Shown here piece after piece: positions 18,834 to 28,739 of a stretch of DNA of 64,000 nt. Origin of the DNA: an uncultured Eubacteriales bacterium (GTDB lineage Bacteria; Bacillota; Clostridia; Christensenellales; Aristaeellaceae). Location: NCBI GenBank assembly GCA_948467645.1, contig CAOKFD010000003.1, positions 12,481 to 76,480 on the forward strand, in the 5' to 3' direction. The translations under genes and the position numbers were made by a program. The notes under the pieces are model-generated. The model had not been told where the DNA came from. It made no database searches and saw nothing but the letters and a program-made list of their open reading frames with translations. The first letter of the stretch is position 1. Each line of letters starts with the position of its first letter.

Positions 18834-19241
18834 ATGGCAACGCCCATAATACTTGCATTCAATATATCGCCCGAGAAGCTGGGGAAAATGCGTATGCTGT
18901 GCGCGCGCGTAAAGACGCGGCTGCGCGCGGTCGGCGAAAGCGAATATGCGCTTACGCTGGGACAGCTCGTCGCGGGAGAAGCGGCGGCTGATAAGTCAGA
19001 AAACAATGCTGATGTGGAAATCGAAAGCTTTAGCGACGAGATGCTGGTAATCGCCGGGCTTTCGGGCGCGCAGTTCAATCTGTTTTTGCAGGACTTCAAG
19101 CGCTTCCATATACCGCCAATTCCGCTCAAGGCCATGCTTACGGCCACAAATTCAGAATGGACACCCGTGCAGCTTCATAAGGAGCTGTGCGCCGAGCGCG
19201 AGGCGTTTGCGCGCGGCATGAGCGCGCACGAGAGTAAGTAG
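18834..19241 (+). CDS. DUF3783 domain protein
   Basis: The pattern ILAFN...LGKMRMLC...EMLVIAGLSG..FNLFL...LKAMLTATN..W is the one I associate with DUF3783. GGAGG sits 7 nt upstream of the ATG at 18834. Confidence 0.7.
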   Translation: MATPIILAFNISPEKLGKMRMLCARVKTRLRAVGESEYALTLGQLVAGEAAADKSENNADVEIESFSDEMLVIAGLSGAQFNLFLQDFKRFHIPPIPLKAMLTATNSEWTPVQLHKELCAEREAFARGMSAHESK

Positions 19242-19298
19242 CCCAAGGCGCGCCCCGATTTATGCCTTGCCCGCGATTAATGCCTTAACAATACAAAA

Positions 19299-19328
19299 CA
19301 GCGTGCGGAGTTTGCTTTCCGCACGCTG
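19299..19328. terminator. bidirectional terminator hairpin
   Basis: Perfect 11-bp stem CAGCGTGCGGA / TCCGCACGCTG with an 8-nt loop, between convergent genes. Confidence 0.6.
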
Positions 19329-19345
19329 CTTGCATTTGCATTGAT

Positions 19346-20359
19346 TTAGAACGCCTTTACGTTGGAGAGAGTGCACTGCTCGACGAATGCCTGAGCCGCC
19401 TCGTCCGCGCTGGCATACGCGCCCGCGCCTAGGTTCCTGCATACCTCCATGAACGCCGCCCAGATGTTGCCCGACACGCTGCCGTCGTTGGAGAACGAGG
19501 GTGCGAGCTTTTTCTGGTTCTTCATGGCTGTATAGCGCTCGTCGGTGCCGGTGGTGGTGGACGCTGGCATACCCTTTATACTGGCCATGCTGGTAAGACG
19601 GTCGGCGGTGGTCAAAAAGCGCATGAATTCGACCGCTATATCCTTATCCTTGCTGTTTTTGTTGACCGAGAAGCCGTACCACGGTTCGGTATACGCATAC
19701 GCGCCCTCGTCGCCGATCGACGCATACAGGTATTCGTATTCGAAAGGCTTGGCGGTGAATGTTTCGGACTTGGATTCGCGCTTCTTCATGCCGCTGACGC
19801 ATTCAGCGGTGCAGACGTAGAACGGCATGTTTCCCTCAAAGAAACCCATTATCGAGCCGTCGTAATTGTCGGCCAGATAGGTGCAGTTGAGGTCGTAATC
19901 GGTGTAGCCCTTGTCGATGATTTCAGTAAGACGCTCGAACACGGGCTTTACCACATCCACGGCGGAGACGTCGCCCGCCTCCAGCTTGGCTGTCGCGTCC
20001 TTGTCCTTGGCGAGTATGTTCATAATCATTCCGATCATAAGCTCGCCGTATACGTGCTGCTCGGAACCCTGTATCGGGGTGTAGCCCTTTTCCTTGAGCG
20101 CCTCCACGACGGACAGGAACTCGCTGTACGTGGTGGGCACTTCAAGGCCGTTGTCCTTGAGCAGGGTCTTATTTACGACTATGCCGCAGGGGTTCATCGC
20201 CAGCGGCACGCGCAGCAACTCGCCGTTCACGGTGCAGTAGGACAGCACGTCGGACTGCACGGCGCTGAGGTTGATGTCCTCCTTGGACAGGTCGAGGCAC
20301 CAGTCGCCCACGTAGTATTCCGGCGGCTCCTCGCGCTTAATGTTCTGGTCATTGGTCAT
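19346..20359 (-). pseudogene. N-terminally truncated ABC sugar-type solute-binding protein remnant
   Basis: The family-1 SBP-like sequence starts mid-domain (PPEYYVGDW..DLSKE...VNGELLRVPLAMNPCGIVVNKTLL...). There is no signal peptide or lipobox. The upstream in-frame residues are translation of the kinase remnant read in another frame. Confidence 0.65.
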
Positions 20360-20807
20360 GAATGTATGTCGTGCGACATGGACGAGAGGAACTGCGTCTT
20401 GGCCTGACTTGTGCGCTCGGCGGTCTTTATTGCCCTGCGCAGCTGGCGGTTGATTGACAGTATATGCGAGGCGTTGATTATGACGATAAGCAGCATCATG
20501 CCGCACAGTATCAGTGCTATGCTCCAGTCGACGGAATCCGAGCGCATCCTGTCCACCGGGATATAGCCCAGTATGCAGACTTCATAGTCGGAACTTATAT
20601 GCGAGTAGTAATAGTAGCAGTCCTTGCCCGCCGAGTTTTGTATTGCAGCAGGCCGGAGTCGGTTGTTTCCAACTGATCTTTAAGTTCATATACCTTATTA
20701 TAATCATCCTGAAAATTATAGCCGCGAATGTACTCGATGAAGCTGCTGGAGCGCATCGAATTGGACGCGACTATATAGCCGCCGTCGCTGGCGATAATTC
20801 CAGTCAT
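20356..20807 (-). pseudogene. sensor histidine kinase remnant (frameshifted, truncated after the H-box)
   Basis: Two frames carry a sensor-domain fragment. They are followed by a TM segment (WSIALILCGMMLLIVII) and an H-box FLSSMSHDIHS that is immediately followed by a stop. There is no ATPase domain and no N-terminal TM segment. The frameshift lies near 20600-20640. Confidence 0.65.
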
Positions 20808-20981
20808 TTACAACATGTTATTTCACTCTGTCATACCCGCCTCGAAAACACATTACAAAAATTTCATCAAGCCCTGCCTCTTTCAGGCGGCAATTCATGC
20901 ACTTGTTTGATGTTGCCAGGCACTTATCGGTGTGATATACTTGTGAGCGATGAAGCTTACTTTTACTGCGGGGTGGAAAAA

Positions 20982-23534
20982 TTGATAAGCTATACCGGCG
21001 ATTATACGCAAAATATATCGTTTCCGCTGGGCGGCATAGGCACGGGCAGCATAGGTCTTGCGGGCAACGGCGCGTTGGTTGACTGGGAGATAAACAACCG
21101 GCCGGGCCGCGAAAGCATAAACCCATTCTCCGGCTTTGCGACAAAGGCCGAGGACGACGCGCGCGTTATCGACTGGCGCTTTTTACAGGGTGACACGGCG
21201 CGCGACTTTATGGGCGGGCTGCACATCGGCAACCACTCATGGGGTTACGGTCACGGGCCGAATCGGGGCACACTGGCGGGCGGGCGGCACTTCGAGCACA
21301 CGGTGTTCAGTGCGGAATTTCCATTTGCACACATATCATATTCGGATAAGCGCTTTCCGGGCGATGTAAAGCTGACCGCGTTTAACCCGTTCATACCGTC
21401 TAACGACGCGGACAGCAGCATACCGGCGGCGATGTTTGAGTTCAGCGTGACCAATACAAGTGACGTGCCGATAACCTACACCATCGCATTGTCGGCGGGC
21501 AATCCGTTCGAAACGCTGGGTCTGAACGATTTCAGCGCCGAAGACGGCGTAAGCGCGCTTACGTTACACAGCGGGTGCGCGGACGCGGCCTCATGCGCGT
21601 ATGGCGAGCTAGCGCTGGCAACCGACTGCGAATGCGCAGCGCATCAGGACTACTGGTACCGCAGCGGCTGGTTCGATGATATGACTATGTTCATGAACGA
21701 CTTCGGCGCGTTTGGGCCGATCAAGCCGCGCGAATATGCCTCACCCTCAGACAAAAAGCCCGACATATGCACGCTGACTGCAAGCGTGAAGGTTGAGCCG
21801 GGCGATGCGCGCAAAGTACGCTTTATAATAAGCTGGTTCAGGCCCAACTACAAAAAGTACTGGGGCAATCGCATTGCCAAGGGCGACGCACCCGACTGGC
21901 ACAATTACTATGCAAAGCTATTCAGCGGCGCGGTCGATTGCGCGCGGTACTGCTTTAAGGAGTGGGACAGGCTGCTCGGCCAGTCGCAGATGTTCGCGGA
22001 CGCGCTGGCCTCGTCCACGCTGGACAGGGCGGTCATCGACGCGATACAGGGCAATCTGTGCATACTCAAAAGCACTACCTGCCTTAGACTTACAGGCGGC
22101 GACTTTTACGCGTGGGAAGGCGTGAACCGCGACGCGGGCAGTTGTGAAGGTACTTGCCAGCACGTATGGAATTACGCCTATGCCCTGCCATTCCTGTTTC
22201 CGAAGCTGGAACGCGGCGTGCGCGAAAACGAGATTAAATATTCGCTGGAAAACAGCGGACTGCTGCACTTCCGCATGATGCTGCCGCTGGGCGCGGACAA
22301 ACAGGCATTCCGCGCGTGCGTAGACGGCCAGATGGGCACGGTCATGAAGTGCTATCGCGAATGGAAGCTGTCGGGCGATAACGAGTGGCTGAAAAGCATG
22401 TGGCCGGGTATAAAGAGCTGCATCGAATACGCATGGAGCGGAGAGAACGAGGACAAGTGGGACGCGGAACGCACCGGCGTAATAACCGGGCGGCAGCACC
22501 ACACGCTGGACGTGGAGCTGTTCGGCGCAAACAGCTGGCTGACCGGCTTCTATCACGGCGCGCTGCTGGCGGGCGCTCAGATGGCGCAGGCGGTCGGCGA
22601 AATTGACGCGGCCAAGGAATATGCGGAGCTTTATCAGCGCGGGCACGAGCTGCTTGAGCGCGAAACGTTCAACGGCCAGCACTATGTACAGGCAATCGAT
22701 CTTGCCGACAAGGAGCTGCTCAGGCGGTTCAGCGCAGGTTCGGACGGCGAGGCCGTAAATAAATACTGGAGCGAGGAAAACGGCGAAATCAAGTATCAGA
22801 TCGGCGACGGGTGTGAAATCGATCAGGTGGTGGCCGACTGGCACGCGGGACTTATCGGACTTGGAAACATATTCGAGCCTGACCACCGCAAAAAGGCGCT
22901 TAAAAGCATATACAAGCTGAACTTCAAGAACATGCGCGATCTGAACAACCCCTGCCGCATATTCGCGTGCAACGGCGAAAGCGGCGCGACAATATGCGCA
23001 TGGGACGAAAATGTCAAAAAGCCCGCGATACCCATCCCCTACTCCGAGGAAGTCATGACCGGATTCGAATACGCATATGCGGGGAGCCTGCTGCAATGCG
23101 GCATGGAGAACGAGGCGCTGACAGTCGTGCGCGCGATACGCGATCGATACGACGGCAAGAAGCGCAACCCGTTCAGCGAGATCGAATGCGGCGCAAGCTA
23201 TGCGCGCGCGATGGCGAGTTACGCGCTGCTGCTGACTTACAGCGGTTTCCGGTTCGATATGACGCGCGGCATGATCGGGTTTAAGCCGATGCACGACGGC
23301 AGGTACTTCTGGTCGATCGACGGCGCGTGGGGCACGGTCGAGACGAGCACGGAGTGCGTCCGACTGAACGTGCTGTACGGATTGGTCAAACTCCGGCGTT
23401 TTGAACACGCGTTGGGTTCGGCTACGGCGGTTAAGGTAAATGATACGGCGATTGCGTTCAACTGCGACGGCGACGCGGTTGTCGCGGACATGGCACTCAC
23501 GGCAGGCGATTTGCTTACCGTGTGTGCTAAGTAA
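20982..23534 (+). CDS. GH116 family glycoside hydrolase (GBA2-type beta-glucosidase/glucosylceramidase-like)
   Basis: The N-terminal signature YTGDYTQNISFPLGGIGTGSIGLAGNG..DWEI.NRP, plus a C-terminal (alpha/alpha)6-type region. The track ORF (from 20514) is over-extended. The TTG at 20982 follows GGGGTGGA, and the ATG at 20910 is an alternative start. Confidence 0.88.
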   Translation: MISYTGDYTQNISFPLGGIGTGSIGLAGNGALVDWEINNRPGRESINPFSGFATKAEDDARVIDWRFLQGDTARDFMGGLHIGNHSWGYGHGPNRGTLAGGRHFEHTVFSAEFPFAHISYSDKRFPGDVKLTAFNPFIPSNDADSSIPAAMFEFSVTNTSDVPITYTIALSAGNPFETLGLNDFSAEDGVSALTLHSGCADAASCAYGELALATDCECAAHQDYWYRSGWFDDMTMFMNDFGAFGPIKPREYASPSDKKPDICTLTASVKVEPGDARKVRFIISWFRPNYKKYWGNRIAKGDAPDWHNYYAKLFSGAVDCARYCFKEWDRLLGQSQMFADALASSTLDRAVIDAIQGNLCILKSTTCLRLTGGDFYAWEGVNRDAGSCEGTCQHVWNYAYALPFLFPKLERGVRENEIKYSLENSGLLHFRMMLPLGADKQAFRACVDGQMGTVMKCYREWKLSGDNEWLKSMWPGIKSCIEYAWSGENEDKWDAERTGVITGRQHHTLDVELFGANSWLTGFYHGALLAGAQMAQAVGEIDAAKEYAELYQRGHELLERETFNGQHYVQAIDLADKELLRRFSAGSDGEAVNKYWSEENGEIKYQIGDGCEIDQVVADWHAGLIGLGNIFEPDHRKKALKSIYKLNFKNMRDLNNPCRIFACNGESGATICAWDENVKKPAIPIPYSEEVMTGFEYAYAGSLLQCGMENEALTVVRAIRDRYDGKKRNPFSEIECGASYARAMASYALLLTYSGFRFDMTRGMIGFKPMHDGRYFWSIDGAWGTVETSTECVRLNVLYGLVKLRRFEHALGSATAVKVNDTAIAFNCDGDAVVADMALTAGDLLTVCAK

Positions 23535-23551
23535 GGTCTGGATATGATAAG

Positions 23552-23588
23552 GCGGCGCTTGCCTCTAGTTATGGGATGCAAGCGCCGC
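23552..23588 (+). terminator. terminator hairpin after the GH116 gene
   Basis: 11-bp stem GCGGCGCTTGC / GCAAGCGCCGC followed by a T-rich sequence. Confidence 0.55.
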
Positions 23589-23712
23589 GTTGTGTTTGAC
23601 TAAGAATTGCTCTCCTGCCTTTACATGAAAAGCCACTTAAACTGCCTCAGCAAAATTAAGCGGCACACGCCATACGAAATGTCGGGAGCGTGCGCCGCAG
23701 TTGTATATTCGA

Positions 23713-25158
23713 TTATTCCGCGGTATAGGTAAGCGCCGTGTCACCCAGCTCCAGTGTGAGCGTCCATGCGCTGCCGTGCGTCTGAACCGCCGCGGGCACT
23801 TCCGCGTAGGCGATGAACTTGCCCTTGCTCAGCGGCAGCAGCGCCGTGCCGAACGACTGGCCGTCGTTCTGCTCGACCGCGAAGGTGCATTCATAGTCGT
23901 ACTTGCCGTCCAGCGTGAGCGTCGCGGAGTAGTCCCACGATGCGTCCTTCCCGGCGAGCGCGAGACTTTCCAGCGTGCCCTCAAATAAGATGAGCACGTT
24001 ATCGCTGTCCGATGCGCTTATCGCCGAGGTTTCGTCACCGTCCGAAGGAGTTACGCGCTTTGCAAAGCGATACGAATCCAGCTCTATGCGCGCCGCGTCC
24101 GCAATTTCGTATATAGTGCCCGGCTCGGCGGCGGTGTCGCCCTCGGCGGTCTTTGCAACGCTGATCGGCTTTGCGGCATCGCCGGTGTCAGGCTGTGCGC
24201 CGATCTTGAGGGCGTTTATCAGCGCCGCGTCCGCACTGCCGGTGGGCACATAGCCCAGTACAAGCTGGGCACGCCTGACTGCGGCGCGGGTCTGATCGCC
24301 GTAACTCGTGCTTGGATCGACGTACATGTAGCCCTCGTCGCGCAGAAGCTCCTGCAATTCGCGCACGGACTTACTGGAATCGCCCAGCTTCAGCACGTCG
24401 AAGTTCTTATCCAGCGTGAGCGACACGCGCGGCTGTGCGGATATTTCGGTTGAGACATAGGCGCAGGTCTTATCGTTTGCGTCCTCCCAATCGGATATGG
24501 CGCGCTCTGCGTCCGCGCCCGCGCCCAGCGCGTCGTATATTGCCAGCGCCTCGCGCACGCAGTCGGCCGACGCGGCCTGCATCTCGGCGCGCGCGGTAGA
24601 ATAGTCGTTGTCGGAGCGCACCTTGACGGTATAGCTCTTTACGCGCTCGGCGCCGTGCAGCATTACGGAGAACTCCTTCGCGTCAGTCATCGCCCTCAGC
24701 ATGGATATGCCGTCCGCGTTCAGCGGCGCGCGCATCATCTCGGTGCGGTAGGAGCCGATCGCGCTTACCTCGGACGCGGTTTCAAAGTCGTACCGCACGC
24801 CGTCGATCAACATCGATACCGCGCCCGCGTTCACTTCCGTGCCGCTTATCATGCACACGTTCAACGTGGGCGTAATTGTGTTGTCCAGCGTGTTGCCCTC
24901 CAGCGACACGTACATAAACAGCGTGCCGTCGCCGGACGAGCGGCCATAGCCATTGCCTATCGCGTCTAGCGCGGCCTGCGTGCGGTTGGGAATCAGGCTC
25001 CATGCGCCGGTAGTCTCGTCGTGAGTGAACGCATCCTGAGTTTTGAGCGAATCGATATTTACTATCGGCGCGCCGTTTTGAAGCGCGTCGGCGCTTGCCA
25101 GTGCGCCACTCGCCATCAGCGCCGCCGCCAGTGCCAGACTTACTATCTGCTTTTTCAT
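23713..25158 (-). CDS. secreted protein with peptidoglycan-binding (PG_binding_1-like) domain
   Basis: Signal peptide MKKQIVSLALAAALMASGALASA. A central segment VRELQELLRDEGYMYVDPSTSYGDQTRAAVRRAQ resembles PG-binding repeats. The flanking domains are unassigned. Confidence 0.8.
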   Translation of the reverse strand: MKKQIVSLALAAALMASGALASADALQNGAPIVNIDSLKTQDAFTHDETTGAWSLIPNRTQAALDAIGNGYGRSSGDGTLFMYVSLEGNTLDNTITPTLNVCMISGTEVNAGAVSMLIDGVRYDFETASEVSAIGSYRTEMMRAPLNADGISMLRAMTDAKEFSVMLHGAERVKSYTVKVRSDNDYSTARAEMQAASADCVREALAIYDALGAGADAERAISDWEDANDKTCAYVSTEISAQPRVSLTLDKNFDVLKLGDSSKSVRELQELLRDEGYMYVDPSTSYGDQTRAAVRRAQLVLGYVPTGSADAALINALKIGAQPDTGDAAKPISVAKTAEGDTAAEPGTIYEIADAARIELDSYRFAKRVTPSDGDETSAISASDSDNVLILFEGTLESLALAGKDASWDYSATLTLDGKYDYECTFAVEQNDGQSFGTALLPLSKGKFIAYAEVPAAVQTHGSAWTLTLELGDTALTYTAE

Positions 25159-25352
25159 TATATATACGCTTTCCTTTCGCAGATTTTCATCACAAGTGCA
25201 TTTTACATAAAGCGGATGCTTCTGTCAACCACATATTACATGGTATTTCGCCAAAATGCTGCCGGAGTTGACATTGCGCACATATTGTCGGCTTATTTTT
25301 TCACAAAGTCGCTGTTTAGTTTTACGATGCGCCCGAAGCGGTGCATTTTGGG

Positions 25353-25381
25353 TTGTGTGGCGGCATTTGATGTGATAGAAT
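25353..25381 (+). promoter_or_regulatory. candidate promoter for the adaptor/FtsX/ATPase operon
   Basis: TTGTGT, a 17-nt spacer, then TAGAAT with an extended TG (TGATAGAAT), about 55 nt upstream of 25436. This is a motif match only. Confidence 0.3.
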
Positions 25382-25435
25382 ATTGCACATACATTAAGGA
25401 TTGCCGTCTTTTGAGTATAAGGAGATCATACGCGT

Positions 25436-26533
25436 ATGAATGTCAAAAAAGTAATCGCCGGCGCGCTGCTGCCGCTGACGCTGCTTGCGCTGCCGGGCTG
25501 TTCGATGCTGCCCGAGGAGGAGGAGTTCCGCTCCGCCCCGGTGCTGCGCGATTATCAGCAGGCTGAATACACGCTCACGCCCGTTTTGCGCGGCGATCTG
25601 GAGCTGACACAATCCATATCCTGTCGGTACGAGCCTGTTAAAGAGGAAAAGCTGTCGTTCGGCGTGGGCGGGCTGTACTTTGCCGGGATATATGTCGAGC
25701 GCGGCGACTATGTGACCAAGGGCACGCTGCTGGCCGAACTGCAGATGGGTTCGCTAAAGGACGATATTGAAAACTGCGAATCCGAGATTGCGCGGCTGGA
25801 GATGCGCCTGCGTCAGGCAAATGAAATGACCGCACTGACTCTTAATCGCCACAAGCTGTACCTGCAAACGCTGTCCGACGAAGCGCGCAAGAATGCGCAG
25901 ACACTTGAGGAAAAGCGCGCCGAGCTGGATCTGAGCATTCAGTCGATAAGTGATTCGCTGATGATACAGCAAATGCGTCGGGAGGAGCTGGAACAAAAGC
26001 GCGCCGAACGCCAGCTGGTGGCGGGCATGGACGGCACGGTAATGTACCTGCGCAACTATCGTGACGGCGATACGTCAACCGAGAACTCCACCTTCATAAC
26101 GCTGTCCGATACCGAGTCCAGCATGTTCACCGCCGAAACCGAGTTTTTTGACATTCTGCCCGTGGGCGAGGAATTCACAGTGGTGTGCGGCAAGGTTGAA
26201 TATCCCGTGCGCGTGGTAAGCGCCGAGGAGCTGGGACTGCCCGCGCCCGACGCGGACGCTAAAAAGCAGACAGTGTATCTGAAGCTGCTTGAGCCCGCGG
26301 TCGATTTGGAATCGGGCGACCGCGGCACGGTTTCAGTGCTGCTGGACTCGCGGCAGGGGGCGCTGTACGTCAATTCCAAGGCTGTATCTACCGTGGATGG
26401 GCGCTCGTTTGTGTACGTGCTGGGCGACGACGGACTGCGGCACATGGTCGATGTGGAAATCGGACTTTCGACCGGCAGTCAGACCGAGATCGTATCCGGG
26501 CTGAACGAAGGCGACGAAATCATACTCGCGTGA
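25436..26533 (+). CDS. HlyD/membrane-fusion-protein family adaptor lipoprotein, paralog 1
   Basis: Lipobox LALPGC, a lipoyl-like motif IYVERGDYVTKGTLLAEL, a coiled-coil middle region, and VAGMDGTVMYL. Confidence 0.85.
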   Translation: MNVKKVIAGALLPLTLLALPGCSMLPEEEEFRSAPVLRDYQQAEYTLTPVLRGDLELTQSISCRYEPVKEEKLSFGVGGLYFAGIYVERGDYVTKGTLLAELQMGSLKDDIENCESEIARLEMRLRQANEMTALTLNRHKLYLQTLSDEARKNAQTLEEKRAELDLSIQSISDSLMIQQMRREELEQKRAERQLVAGMDGTVMYLRNYRDGDTSTENSTFITLSDTESSMFTAETEFFDILPVGEEFTVVCGKVEYPVRVVSAEELGLPAPDADAKKQTVYLKLLEPAVDLESGDRGTVSVLLDSRQGALYVNSKAVSTVDGRSFVYVLGDDGLRHMVDVEIGLSTGSQTEIVSGLNEGDEIILA

Positions 26534-26551
26534 CGCGGAGGCACTTATAAT

Positions 26552-27652
26552 ATGAAAAAAGCACTTGCGGCGCTGCTGATTGCGGCGCTTACGCTGATGG
26601 GATGCGCGCTGGCCGAGGAAGCCGCCGTGCCGGAGCTTATCGAGCCGGTGGGCGTAAGGCTGGACACGGCCAAGGTCGTGCGGCAGGACATATACAACAT
26701 GAGCTACTACGACGCGGCAGTCGTGCCCTACACCGAGGAGCTTTCGTTCACGGTGGACGGCAAGATCGATACGGTGACTGCCTTAGTCGGCGATGTCGTT
26801 AAGAAGGGCGACGTGCTGGCCACGCTCGACCAGACCGACGACGAAGAACAGGCAGAGAACCTGCGGCAGCAGATAGATTATCTTGAAACTGAGCTTGCTT
26901 TTGCAAAGCGCTCGGACAAACTGACGCTGGAGTCGGCTCAGTTGGAGCTGGAACAGCTAAAGGCACAGGCAAAGAGCGGCGGCGCCACCGATGCTGACGT
27001 TAAGCTCAAGCAGGCCGACGTTGACATACTAAAGCTGAGCCAGCAGCAGGCGCGCGAAAGCGACGAGTTTGCAATCGCATCGCTCCGCAGGCAACTCGCC
27101 AGCGTCGAGGAAAAACTAGGCGACAACACCATCGCAGCCCCGTTCGACGGCCGGATAGTCTATATGCAGCAGGTCGAAAAGGGCACATGGATGAAGGCAT
27201 ACGACCCGCTGTTTTACATAGCCGACGACACCCGCCTGTCCATAGACAGTGCGTACATATCCGCGTCGGTTACGAGCAGCGCGAACGAGGTTTACGCGCG
27301 CGTGAACGGCGTTGACTGCGCGATCACGGCGCAGGAGTTTAACTGGCGCGAGTACGTGACGATCGCGCTGTCGGGCGGCGAGCTGCGTTCGGGCTTTGAC
27401 TTTGTGGACGGCGCGCCCGAGGGCACGGAGAGCGGCATGTATGCGACGGTGTTCGTAAAGTCGGGACTGGTCGAGGACGCGCTGGTCGTACCCGCGAACG
27501 CGATTTACACCGACGAAAGCGGACGATATGTGTATCTCATAGACGGCGGCACGCGCACGCGGCAGGCCGTTTCCACCGGGCGATTCACTACCACGCTGGT
27601 GCAGATTACCGACGGACTCAAGGAGGGCGACCTGGTATATGTCAAGGAATAG
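26552..27652 (+). CDS. HlyD/membrane-fusion-protein family adaptor lipoprotein, paralog 2
   Basis: Lipobox TLMGC, motif LVGDVVKKGDVLATLD, a long coiled coil, and IAAPFDGRIVYM. Confidence 0.85.
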   Translation: MKKALAALLIAALTLMGCALAEEAAVPELIEPVGVRLDTAKVVRQDIYNMSYYDAAVVPYTEELSFTVDGKIDTVTALVGDVVKKGDVLATLDQTDDEEQAENLRQQIDYLETELAFAKRSDKLTLESAQLELEQLKAQAKSGGATDADVKLKQADVDILKLSQQQARESDEFAIASLRRQLASVEEKLGDNTIAAPFDGRIVYMQQVEKGTWMKAYDPLFYIADDTRLSIDSAYISASVTSSANEVYARVNGVDCAITAQEFNWREYVTIALSGGELRSGFDFVDGAPEGTESGMYATVFVKSGLVEDALVVPANAIYTDESGRYVYLIDGGTRTRQAVSTGRFTTTLVQITDGLKEGDLVYVKE

Positions 27653-28721
27653 AGCGGCGGTTCTGGCGGCAGTGCTTGTGATTATGCTGATGCTGCCCGC
27701 CTGTGCGCTGGGCGACGATCTGATAGACGACAGTCTGCTTGTGCCCGAAACCGCCAATTACGATACATTTACGGTCGAATACGGCGACTACATAAAATCC
27801 GCTTCGGCGGGCGGTTATCAGGTGTTCCCGGTCGAGCAGCATCTTTCGGTAAAGGAGGGCACGGCACGCATAGTCAAGCTGAATATAGCGCGCAATGCCA
27901 ATGTCAAGGCGGGCGACGTGCTGGTGACGTATGAAAAGGAAGGCAGCCGCGCCGAGCTGGAGAGCATGAAGCTCACACTCCAGCGCACGCAGGAAAGTTT
28001 TGAACTGGGCAAGCAGGAGCGCTCGGAAAGCATACGTACGCTGAAAAGCGACATGAGCGACATCACCGACAGCTATGCACTTAAGCAGGCCAAAATACGT
28101 TTGCAGCAGGCACAGCTTGACTACGAGCAGTACGTATTTGAATGCGAATACGACATACGCAATCAGCAAAAGAGCATAGACGAGCTGACCGAGTTCTTCG
28201 ACGACACGCAGATCGTCGCGCCGTTCGACGGTATAGTTACGGACTTAACCACCAAGGGCAAGGGCGACACCATATATGCGGGCGAGACGCTGATAACGCT
28301 GCAGTCGCAGGACACGTATTATATAGGTATAGACAACTCCAACGGCAACTTCCGCTACGGCATGAGCGTAAGCGTGGGATTGGGGCCGCGCAACAAAAAG
28401 ACTTATTTGGACGGGCGCGTAATTTCGGCAGCCAACATACTGCCTAACGAAACCAAGCCTTCGTACGCGCTGATCGAGGTATACGGCGAAGTCACGGAAT
28501 CCGGACTGCGCAATATTTCGGTGGAAAGCAACACAATTGAATTAAAGCACGTACTGCTGCTGCCGCGCAAGGCGCTTTCGCTTAGCGGCGGCAAGACTTA
28601 CGTATCCATACTGGACGGCGATATGGTGCAAAAGCGCATCGTCGTAAGCGGGCACAACACGTCCAGCGACACATGGGTGTTGCAGGGGCTTGACGAGGGG
28701 CAGCAGGTCATACTCGATTAA
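27639..28721 (+). CDS. HlyD/membrane-fusion-protein family adaptor lipoprotein, paralog 3
   Basis: Lipobox MLPAC, motif NANVKAGDVLVTYE, a coiled coil, and IVAPFDGIVTDL. It overlaps paralog 2 by 14 nt. Confidence 0.8.
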   Translation: MSRNRAAVLAAVLVIMLMLPACALGDDLIDDSLLVPETANYDTFTVEYGDYIKSASAGGYQVFPVEQHLSVKEGTARIVKLNIARNANVKAGDVLVTYEKEGSRAELESMKLTLQRTQESFELGKQERSESIRTLKSDMSDITDSYALKQAKIRLQQAQLDYEQYVFECEYDIRNQQKSIDELTEFFDDTQIVAPFDGIVTDLTTKGKGDTIYAGETLITLQSQDTYYIGIDNSNGNFRYGMSVSVGLGPRNKKTYLDGRVISAANILPNETKPSYALIEVYGEVTESGLRNISVESNTIELKHVLLLPRKALSLSGGKTYVSILDGDMVQKRIVVSGHNTSSDTWVLQGLDEGQQVILD

Positions 28722-28739
28722 CTTGCGGAGGTCGCGGGC

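Noticed and set aside
20514-20981. 156-codon N-terminal extension of the GH116 ORF in the track.
   Set aside because: The extension overlaps the kinase remnant on the other strand and has no SD. Family similarity begins at ISYTGDYTQNISFPLGG, and a TTG with a good SD (GGGGTGGA) sits at 20982.
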